From NCBI GenBank assembly GCA_002070375.1, contig MWDD01000008.1, positions 14,260 to 78,259 on the forward strand: a DNA stretch of 64,000 nucleotides. Reading direction: 5' to 3'. Of the stretch, positions 19,779 to 27,072 are shown in pieces. The position numbers and the translations under genes are program-made. The notes below the pieces were generated by a model. That model searched no databases. It worked only from the letters and a program-made list of their open reading frames with translations, and was not told where the DNA came from. The first letter of the stretch is position 1; each line of letters begins with the position of its first letter. This stretch comes from a bacterium ADurb.Bin157. Its GTDB lineage: Bacteria; Muiribacteriota; Ozemobacteria; Ozemobacterales; Ozemobacteraceae.

Positions 19779-19975
19779 CAGACATACATATCGACAACCA
19801 TGCCGATCCCGGTCATTTCAGCAACCACCGAATTTTGGGCGGCTGCAACTTTCAACATTTTTTCAGCCAATTCTGTAGATGCTTTTTGAGTATTTTCAAC
19901 AATTTGCATCATCTGAGCATTATTCGAGCTTATTGAAGAAATTGCCCTATTGTTCGTTGCATTACTGACATTCAT
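19778..19975 (-). CDS. 65-aa peptide resembling the YjfB putative motility protein family
   Basis: Good RBS (AAAGGAG, 6 nt, ATG). Has no Cys, Trp or His. The ...STELAEKMLKVAAAQNSVVAEMTGIGMVVDMYV tail resembles the YjfB pattern (helical Q/A-rich segment, then G..iD..v). Sits in the flagellar operon. Confidence 0.5.
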   Translation of the reverse strand: MNVSNATNNRAISSISSNNAQMMQIVENTQKASTELAEKMLKVAAAQNSVVAEMTGIGMVVDMYV

Positions 19976-20011
19976 AAACGACTCCTTTTGATCGCGCAGT
20001 AACTAACTGCT

Positions 20012-20578
20012 CTACACTGCCAGATTCAATCTTGGGCGTTGCTGAGCGGTTTTATTATTGCCTTGGTTTTGTTGCATCGCTTGTTCCCAGGTGTTTCTCA
20101 AGTCTAATACCAGTGGTTTAATTTGCAACATGGGCTTTGGATCTTTTTTAACATTGGCTTCACTTAGTTGTCGCATGAAGAAAAGGTATAATCTTTCAAG
20201 ATTTGCTGCTATTTCTCCGCCTTTTTCTTTATCAAGCGATGATAATAGTTCACTGAAAATCGCCTGCACTCTTACAAGCAAATTACTTATTCTCTCTATA
20301 TTTTTTTCTTCAAATGCTTCTTCCGCCTGTCCCATGAATCTAAGTGCTCCGTCGTAAAGCATCAAGATTAAATTTTCGGGCGTGGCAGTTTCAATTTGTG
20401 TCTTTTTATATGTATCGTTCTGGGTCTTATTATACCCGGCGACATTTGTCCCGACACCGGGGGATTGTGATGGATTGGCTGATTCGCCCGAAGGTCGGTA
20501 TGCTGAAGCAGCAAATCGCCGGCCGGCAGGAACGGGCGGATAACCACCTCCACTCGGAGGATTTCCCGGTTGATTCAT
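20012..20578 (-). CDS. fliS: Flagellar export chaperone FliS with Pro/Gly-rich N-terminal extension
   Basis: Core ...ATPENLILMLYDGALRFM... plus a four-helix region. The ATG directly follows the maf stop (TAAATG), with AGGAG 7 nt upstream. No alternative in-frame start closer to the core. Confidence 0.9.
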   Translation of the reverse strand: MNQPGNPPSGGGYPPVPAGRRFAASAYRPSGESANPSQSPGVGTNVAGYNKTQNDTYKKTQIETATPENLILMLYDGALRFMGQAEEAFEEKNIERISNLLVRVQAIFSELLSSLDKEKGGEIAANLERLYLFFMRQLSEANVKKDPKPMLQIKPLVLDLRNTWEQAMQQNQGNNKTAQQRPRLNLAV

Positions 20579-22483
20579 TTAATTACTCCTTTTGGCTGTC
20601 TGCATAGAGCTTACAGCTCTATTTATCAGGGGAGTTTGATACTCTATAAATCTATCAAAAGCAACGAAAAATTCAAGCACTGTTTTTAGCCAATGTCCAA
20701 CAGTTACATTTTTTTCTGTTTTTAGTCTGGTCACTTCCATTGAATGCTTAGTAATAAACTTAGCTTGATGAGTAGACATCCAAGAATATAAAATAGCATC
20801 TCTGCATATTATATCATGCAGAGCCATAATGTCATCACATTCTGCTTTTGCCTTACCTGCAACATCTCTGTATAAAGTGTTTTCATGAGTCTTAAGTATT
20901 CTGGCAATTACCGATAAATTTCTTCTTGTTTTGCTTTGATATTTTAAAATTGACGATTTAATTACTTCAAAAGCTCTTATCAGCTTTTCTTTTTCGGCTT
21001 TAACCGGCGCATTAAAAGCCTGATTAAGTATTTCACTCACATTCACGGCTTTTTCTATATATTTCTCTATGGTTTCAGAAAAAGTCATTCTTTTTACATA
21101 TTTATGAACAATGCCGCCTTCTGTAGCGTTAATAATCTCGGCATCGGTCTGCCTAAACTGGTCTTCAAACCAGTCTTTGTATATATTCATAGACTTGTCT
21201 GTATAAACTTTTGTTCCGTCTGATAGGTTATAGACTATTTTTCCTCTGGTATTTATGTATTCGGCGGTTTCGTGTTCTATTGATGAATACTGATTAACTC
21301 TTTCATAAAGCATATCGTCAGAATAAGAGCCTCTGGCATGCAATCTGCCGTCAGCAAAAGAAAGATCCAGGCCTAAGAATATAATTGGATCTGCACCTAT
21401 TTTTCTGACCAAATCAAAAACAGTAGTTGCTATAGAACCCCAGCAAACAAGCATACCGACCGGTTCTCTGAATTCTGAGTAAACAGGGAATAAGCCGCCC
21501 CCAAAGGTCATTAACATTTTTTGTCCATTAAAAACATTAAATATATCGGGGTGAGTCATTGGCTCAACAGCCAAAATCACATCTTTTTCATTCTCGACCC
21601 CAACAAAATCAAGTGAGTTTTCGTATGAAGAGTCAGCAGCACAAACTATGTCAGGCTTGATTCCATTTGTCACAAGTTGCCTTAATGCAGTATCTACAGC
21701 TATAATAGGAAACTTTCCTTTAATTTTATGCAATAAATGCATATTTTTATCTAAAGATGGTCCTGCAGCAACTAAAACGGCAGGTACACCGACAAATTTA
21801 TCAAAAAGTCTTTGAACTCCCGGTAATTCAAAGGCTTGTGCCAAGTTTTCAAAATTATGGGAATGATATTCAAACCCGCTGTACATTAATGTAATAAGAT
21901 TGCCTTTTGACTTATTACATAGATATCTTATTTTTTCAAGCAGTCTTTCAACGTATTCTCTGAACCTAACCAAAGTCGGAGGGTGATCCACGACACAAAA
22001 TTCACCTATAGTGGTCCAGTCAATTAAAGTAGCCCACACATCGCCAATTTCATCGGGTGTCATGGCAACAAAAAGCGAAACGCGCTTATCATTCAAAAGT
22101 TTTGATAAATCCCTTGTTTTTAGTGCTATATAAAATATATTTTTGTCAGGCTCAACAATATCTATCCTTGTTATGTCGGTATTTTCGGCTAAGTTCTGTG
22201 CAGTGTAACCAAGACCGAAGCCCATCAGCATCACATGATTTTGTCCCGAATACACACCTTTAACCTGTTTTTCGGCTTCTTTAACAGGATCATACTTACT
22301 GTGATAGGCTAATATTTTGTTTTCTGACTCTGAATATGTGATAAAAGGCTCATTTGTTTTTGCAGTTTCGACACAATATGAAGAGAGGTCAACATTTTGT
22401 TTTGCCATACTGTTAATGACAAAAAATGCTGATCCGTGTTGTTTCAAAGCAACCATATTTTTTTCGAATATATGCTTGTCCAT
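20579..22483 (-). CDS. maf: Motility-associated factor (Maf) glycosyltransferase family protein (MptE-like/DUF115 domain)
   Basis: Size and central ...VLVAAGPSLDKN...IIAVDTALRQL...PDIVCAADS... are typical of Maf flagellin glycosyltransferases. Flagellar context. Confidence 0.8.
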   Translation of the reverse strand: MDKHIFEKNMVALKQHGSAFFVINSMAKQNVDLSSYCVETAKTNEPFITYSESENKILAYHSKYDPVKEAEKQVKGVYSGQNHVMLMGFGLGYTAQNLAENTDITRIDIVEPDKNIFYIALKTRDLSKLLNDKRVSLFVAMTPDEIGDVWATLIDWTTIGEFCVVDHPPTLVRFREYVERLLEKIRYLCNKSKGNLITLMYSGFEYHSHNFENLAQAFELPGVQRLFDKFVGVPAVLVAAGPSLDKNMHLLHKIKGKFPIIAVDTALRQLVTNGIKPDIVCAADSSYENSLDFVGVENEKDVILAVEPMTHPDIFNVFNGQKMLMTFGGGLFPVYSEFREPVGMLVCWGSIATTVFDLVRKIGADPIIFLGLDLSFADGRLHARGSYSDDMLYERVNQYSSIEHETAEYINTRGKIVYNLSDGTKVYTDKSMNIYKDWFEDQFRQTDAEIINATEGGIVHKYVKRMTFSETIEKYIEKAVNVSEILNQAFNAPVKAEKEKLIRAFEVIKSSILKYQSKTRRNLSVIARILKTHENTLYRDVAGKAKAECDDIMALHDIICRDAILYSWMSTHQAKFITKHSMEVTRLKTEKNVTVGHWLKTVLEFFVAFDRFIEYQTPLINRAVSSMQTAKRSN

Positions 22484-22493
22484 TTTTAATTTA

Positions 22494-23156
22494 TCAAGCT
22501 CTCAGAAGCTTCTCCACAAAGACTTTAACGTCGGTAAATATTTCGGAAAATTCATATTCCAAAATATCCGCTACCTCGATCCAGTTTTCTTGAACCTGAG
22601 CAATCTCAATGGCCGCCATTTGCTCTGCTAAGCGTTTCATTATGGCTTCTCTTTCTATTTCCAGTGAAGATTCCGCCATATTAGCAGCAAAAGCTCTGTC
22701 TGCATTTTTAAACATCGCTACCAACCACTCGATGGCATCAACAAACTTAACATATTCGGCCATAGCTTCTTTAACACGACCTAACCGCAAGTCTGAAGAT
22801 ATTTCGGCCGCTATGTTTTCAAGATAAGTAAGCCCTTCGGCAGCGTCTTTAAACCCCTCAAGAACCATTTCTTTAGCGGTAGCCGCCCCCAATTCTATCT
22901 TCTTGTAAGAGGTTATCTTTAAATCACCCAACGTTCCCGGATTATCTGGAGAATACCAGGTTCCGTCGAGAATGATATCTACAACTGTTCTGCCGCTGCC
23001 CTTCAAAGCTTTTTCAACTGTATCCACCAGCTCTAAGACAGAAGCACCATCATTAATTCCTTCAACATCAAGCGCATTCCCATTTAGTAAAATTTCCAAA
23101 TTTTCACCTGCACATTTTATATTATTTAGATTGTCCCTGAGAAAGCATACTTGCAA
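22494..23156 (-). CDS. Hypothetical flagellar-operon protein (about 200-220 aa), helical C-terminal half
   Basis: The track ORF starts at a TTG overlapping the fliD end by 35 nt. An in-frame TTG at 23099, preceded by AGGTGA, would start after the fliD stop. I recognise no family. Confidence 0.55.
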   Translation of the reverse strand: MQVCFLRDNLNNIKCAGENLEILLNGNALDVEGINDGASVLELVDTVEKALKGSGRTVVDIILDGTWYSPDNPGTLGDLKITSYKKIELGAATAKEMVLEGFKDAAEGLTYLENIAAEISSDLRLGRVKEAMAEYVKFVDAIEWLVAMFKNADRAFAANMAESSLEIEREAIMKRLAEQMAAIEIAQVQENWIEVADILEYEFSEIFTDVKVFVEKLLRA

Positions 23157-26109
23157 AAGAACTGGACTGAGACTGATATTCGCTCATCGCGGATTCTAAG
23201 GCAGAGAATTGCTTTAACAAGGCTTCTTCACGCATTACAAGTCTTGATTGCTGAGAAGCAATCTGCTGATTCAAAGACTTTATCTGGGTGTCCATCTGAC
23301 TTGTTACAGATGAATCCGAACGTCCGACGCGCTTAGTCAGTATACCGGTCGATGATGTAAACGCGTTAAGAACATCTTTTAAATTCTTAGCAATACCGAC
23401 ACCTTCTTTGCTTTCGTTAAAAAGCGCGGCAACTTCATTAGGATTATTTGCCAAAGCATTTTTAAGAGCGTCTTCATTTGTTATGCTGATTTTACCCAAC
23501 ATGGTTTCAGTGTATGAAGAACCTATAGTACCGGTGGTAATTCCAATGTCTGACAAACTGTTAAAAGAAGAATCAACACCTTTAACAACAGCTGACATTG
23601 CAGCACGCATTTGAGAACGTATAGTTCTCAGTGTTGAGTCACCGCGCAGCAAACCGACTTTATAGGCATCTATGTAAGTATTCAAAGTTTCGTCATCCAA
23701 TGAATCTATTTCTTCATCGGAAAGGGCGGTAAGTTCTTTGTTAGGCTCTGAGGTTAAGTGTTTATAAATAAGTTCCGTAACTTCATTATAGCTTTCCACA
23801 AAGCCCTTAACAGCTTCCAGGGCAGCATCTGTGTCTACAGAGACATTAATTGTTTCACCCGCGCCTGTGGTAACATTTTTAAGCTCAAATATTACGCCTT
23901 CGACCGCGTCTCCGATAACATTTGTCTGACTTACCTGTTCAGCGCCGCCGTATAGGCCATCTACACTAAATATGGCATTCTGTCCGATGTTTTGCACTGC
24001 ATTTGTAAGCCCCATAGCCGAAAGAAAATTACTTGTATCGGTAGGCGCCCCTATCGCTATAGATTGGTTTCCGGTTTCTTTTGAAGTTAATATAAATTGT
24101 CCGCTTGTTGGGTCATATTGAGCCGTTGCACCAACTTTATCATTGCTGTTTATCATTTGAATAATTGAATCAACAGTCGTATTTGAAGTGTTTTTGATTT
24201 CAAACTCAACACCATTAATACTAAATTTTCCCGTGGAAACCGGAGTAACAAAACCTGCTTCATCTAAGGAAGAAGAAGAAGAGTTTATGCCTGAAATGGA
24301 TCTTGAACCGGTCAAAGTCGAACCAAAATCTTTGCCTTCTGCTGTTCCGTTTAACCCCATTCCAGAAATCAGAGTCCCGGCCCCTGAATCCGCAACAGTT
24401 ATTCTTGAACTGCTTCCTTTATCTGAGCCTTGAACAACAAAACGACCTTTTTCAACATCATAATAAGCTTGTTCCACACCGTTAACCGATGCCATTTTTT
24501 TCAAAACATCTTGATAAGAGTCTGTTTCGCTGTAATTTATCTCGGTGGTTTCACCGTTCACAGTTATTTTAAACGCCCCTGAAGCGCCGATAGCATTTTT
24601 GGTATCGGCATAACCTGAAACCAAAGACTGAGAAGAGCCGGTCAGAACCGCCGCAGAACTTTGAGAGCCGGAAATCATCCCTGTTGCCCTCAAGAAATTA
24701 CTTGAATCAGTTGCTGAGCCGACACCAATGGCAGCAGAACTGCCATCTTTACGGGTAAAGCTTATGGTATCGGTGTTTGAATCATAAGATGCTCTGACGT
24801 TTGTCAAAGAAGTTATTCTCGACAAAACATCACTGAGCTTATCGGTATCTGCATTTATATCTATCTGAACCCCGTCTACGGTAATTTTACCGGACGATAT
24901 TTTTGAAGCAAACGTTTCTTCTGAAAGTGTTTTCGCGTCATCTGCCGAAACGCCTGTAGTCGCTGAAGAAGAACCAAAAAGAGTTGAAGCGAAATTCCCG
25001 TAACTTAGAGCATCATCAGTAACGCTTATAGAGCGCGTATCTGTTGAATCTGTGTTTATAAGTTCAAGCTTGCCCGTCACGTCATTGTATCTGAATTCTG
25101 AAGCATAATTCGCAGGATTTGAGGTGGCAACACCGCTCTTACTGAAAGCGCCGCCGGCTTGGCCAAGCTGACGATTCATTTCGGAGATTATGTCTTCCAT
25201 GGTTGCGTCTTCAGGAAAACTGTCAAGATCATCTAAATTTATAGTTACAGAAGTTGCGCCTTTAGTAAGACTAAAACTTCCCTTCAACCCCAAATCACTT
25301 TTAAGGGTTTCTAACCCCGAACGAATCTCTTTATTTGAGTTTGCGGCAGGAGTTGCGCTATTTAAACTCACAACGGCACTGCCAAAAAGGTTGGCATTCA
25401 AACCATCGTCTGAAGCATCGGTAAATGTTACATTTTGGACAGAGTTATCAAGAAGATTGAACCTAATTTGGTTATTCTTTTCATCGTAACTTGCCCGAAC
25501 CTTATCTTTAAAGTTTGCGTCAGATGCAATTTGAGCATTAATTTTTTGAATTGCGGAACCAACCGTATCGTCTTCGCTGATATTGGACAGCGATAAACTG
25601 TGAGTTGAACCGTTTGAAGCAGTTAAATCAATATTAAGGCCGGCAAATGTTTCACCTGAATCATTTGAAACCCCCAAAACACTCAACTTAGTTGCGGTTC
25701 CGCCAATTTTATCGCTCCCGGTTAAAAGTTCGCCATTTTGCAAAGCACCCGCAAGTTTTGAGCTTGAAGCAACAGAGGAGGCCGTAGCAATCTGTTTAAT
25801 TTTAACTGTATAACTGCCAACGGCCGCGCCTGTTGTTGCTTTTGCAGTAACGAGCTTTTCGTCGGAAGACGAAACCTTTTTACTGGTAAATGTTTTACTT
25901 AAACTTAAGTCTGAGGCTTTTGTTTGGAGGTTATAGAGAGCTAAGTTAACTTCTCTTAGCATCTCTTGCTTATAGGTCAGAGTATTGCGTTTCCTCTCAA
26001 GACTGAATTTACTGAAGCTTTCTGCTTTGATTGTTTGTTCGATCAAAGCTTCAGTATCTAAGCCCGATGATAAACCGCTGATATAATTTCTTGATATACT
26101 ACTGACCAT
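23122..26109 (-). CDS. fliD: Flagellar filament capping protein FliD (HAP2), unusually long (995 aa) with five internal flagellin-IN-like modules
   Basis: N-terminus ISGLSSGLDTEALIEQTIKAES...KQEMLREVNLALYNLQ (FliD_N). C-terminus ...LRGDSTLRTIRSQMR...IKSLNQQIASQQSRLVMREEALLKQFSALESAMSEYQSQ (FliD_C). Confidence 0.95.
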   Translation of the reverse strand: MVSSISRNYISGLSSGLDTEALIEQTIKAESFSKFSLERKRNTLTYKQEMLREVNLALYNLQTKASDLSLSKTFTSKKVSSSDEKLVTAKATTGAAVGSYTVKIKQIATASSVASSSKLAGALQNGELLTGSDKIGGTATKLSVLGVSNDSGETFAGLNIDLTASNGSTHSLSLSNISEDDTVGSAIQKINAQIASDANFKDKVRASYDEKNNQIRFNLLDNSVQNVTFTDASDDGLNANLFGSAVVSLNSATPAANSNKEIRSGLETLKSDLGLKGSFSLTKGATSVTINLDDLDSFPEDATMEDIISEMNRQLGQAGGAFSKSGVATSNPANYASEFRYNDVTGKLELINTDSTDTRSISVTDDALSYGNFASTLFGSSSATTGVSADDAKTLSEETFASKISSGKITVDGVQIDINADTDKLSDVLSRITSLTNVRASYDSNTDTISFTRKDGSSAAIGVGSATDSSNFLRATGMISGSQSSAAVLTGSSQSLVSGYADTKNAIGASGAFKITVNGETTEINYSETDSYQDVLKKMASVNGVEQAYYDVEKGRFVVQGSDKGSSSRITVADSGAGTLISGMGLNGTAEGKDFGSTLTGSRSISGINSSSSSLDEAGFVTPVSTGKFSINGVEFEIKNTSNTTVDSIIQMINSNDKVGATAQYDPTSGQFILTSKETGNQSIAIGAPTDTSNFLSAMGLTNAVQNIGQNAIFSVDGLYGGAEQVSQTNVIGDAVEGVIFELKNVTTGAGETINVSVDTDAALEAVKGFVESYNEVTELIYKHLTSEPNKELTALSDEEIDSLDDETLNTYIDAYKVGLLRGDSTLRTIRSQMRAAMSAVVKGVDSSFNSLSDIGITTGTIGSSYTETMLGKISITNEDALKNALANNPNEVAALFNESKEGVGIAKNLKDVLNAFTSSTGILTKRVGRSDSSVTSQMDTQIKSLNQQIASQQSRLVMREEALLKQFSALESAMSEYQSQSSSFASMLSQGQSK

Positions 26110-26141
26110 ATTTTTGCCTCCAAACTCTTACATAAAACACA

Positions 26142-26507
26142 TTACGCTTTTTTATCGAATATTATCCCAAGGTAGTTTTCCATCTTTGCGACCATATCAA
26201 GTACCTCTTCACTCGGATATTGTCGAATTACCTTGTCGTTTGAAGTGTCAACTACAGAAACCATAGTACGATGAGTTTCATCGTGAACTTTAAACTGCAA
26301 AGACCGTTCAAACACTTTTGCTGTCCTATTTAACTTATCGACTGCCTCGCTAAGATTCTTTTCATTATTTTGCAAAGATTCTTTAGGCGAATCGACAGAG
26401 ACAGGAGTCTCAACCGGTTTTTTTTCTGCGTTAGCCACACCGGAATGGCTTACCGGCGATGAACCACTTACGACACTTTTTACTGATCCTACGCTGTTAA
26501 CATCCAT
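26142..26507 (-). CDS. flaG: Flagellar protein FlaG
   Basis: C-terminal ...LQFKVHDETHRTMVSVVDTSNDKVIRQYPSEEVLDMVAKM... is the FlaG signature. I prefer Met at 26507 (AAGGAG 8 nt upstream) over the track start at 26555. Confidence 0.85.
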   Translation of the reverse strand: MDVNSVGSVKSVVSGSSPVSHSGVANAEKKPVETPVSVDSPKESLQNNEKNLSEAVDKLNRTAKVFERSLQFKVHDETHRTMVSVVDTSNDKVIRQYPSEEVLDMVAKMENYLGIIFDKKA

Positions 26508-26555
26508 GTTAGTTTCTCCTTTACAAACTTTAAAAATGCAAAAACCACAAAACAA

Positions 26556-26744
26556 TCAGGCATTTATTCCCACATTTGGGACAATTCCCGATCGGTTTGT
26601 GTGATTGCCCGAAACTCTTTCAAATCTTATATCAATCGCAAACGGATTTTCTGTTCCGTACAAAAAACCCTCGGCAAATGAATTTTTACTCAACATTTCG
26701 TGCTTTGAATAACTATTTAGTTTTGTCAGTATAAGCTCCAACAT
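26556..26744 (-). CDS. 62-aa ORF of unknown function, first ORF of the flaG-fliD transcript
   Basis: Strong SD (CAAGGAGGAATCAAACAATG). No recognisable family and not flagellin-like. Confidence 0.35.
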   Translation of the reverse strand: MLELILTKLNSYSKHEMLSKNSFAEGFLYGTENPFAIDIRFERVSGNHTNRSGIVPNVGINA

Positions 26745-26774
26745 TGTTTGATTCCTCCTTGAATCGCTATTTTA

Positions 26775-26794
26775 GAGCAGCATCCTTGCTGCCC
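26775..26794 (-). promoter_or_regulatory. 5'-leader hairpin presenting AGGA in its loop (candidate CsrA-type binding site)
   Basis: The minus-strand RNA reads GGGCAGCA-AGGA-UGCUGCUC, giving 6 Watson-Crick pairs plus G-U and G-C. It lies 30 nt upstream of an SD that also contains GGA (CAAGGAGG). Confidence 0.35.
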
Positions 26795-26834
26795 GGTTAT
26801 ATCGAGAAGACACAATTCAGGCCTTCTATATAAT

Positions 26835-26858
26835 ATATCGGCACTACTTACATATTTA
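26835..26858 (-). promoter_or_regulatory. Candidate sigma28/sigmaD-type promoter (TAAA-N12-GCCGATAT) for the flaG-fliD operon
   Basis: The minus strand reads TAAATATGTAAGTAGTGCCGATAT. The -10 is an exact match to the B. subtilis sigmaD consensus GCCGATAT. The spacer is 12 nt, whereas 14-16 is usual, so the -35 assignment is weak. Confidence 0.35.
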
Positions 26859-26998
26859 TCACGTATGAAATCAATAAGCATTCACAGAAAAACAGATATT
26901 AAACCCAATTTTTGCTATTTTTCACACACAAACAACTCATTTGCTCGAAATTGCTCTATATTTTAGTGTTTTTACAAAAAAGCATTGGCCGGTACATA

Positions 26999-27027
26999 TT
27001 GCCAAATTATTGCTTTTGCTGTATTAT
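26999..27027 (+). promoter_or_regulatory. Candidate sigma70-type promoter (TTGCCA-N17-TATTAT) for the 27073 gene
   Basis: Hexamers at 26999-27004 and 27022-27027, about 45 nt upstream of the ATG. Confidence 0.3.
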
Positions 27028-27072
27028 TTAAGGAGAAAGTAGGACTTTCATTGAAAGGTACTCTATAAAATC

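Noticed and set aside
26556-26744. Could this be a truncated flagellin, given the sigma28/CsrA-like leader
   Set aside because: The translation lacks every flagellin N-terminal hallmark (no MRINHN..A, no LSSGLRIN). It is kept only as a low-confidence small ORF, not as a flagellin pseudogene.
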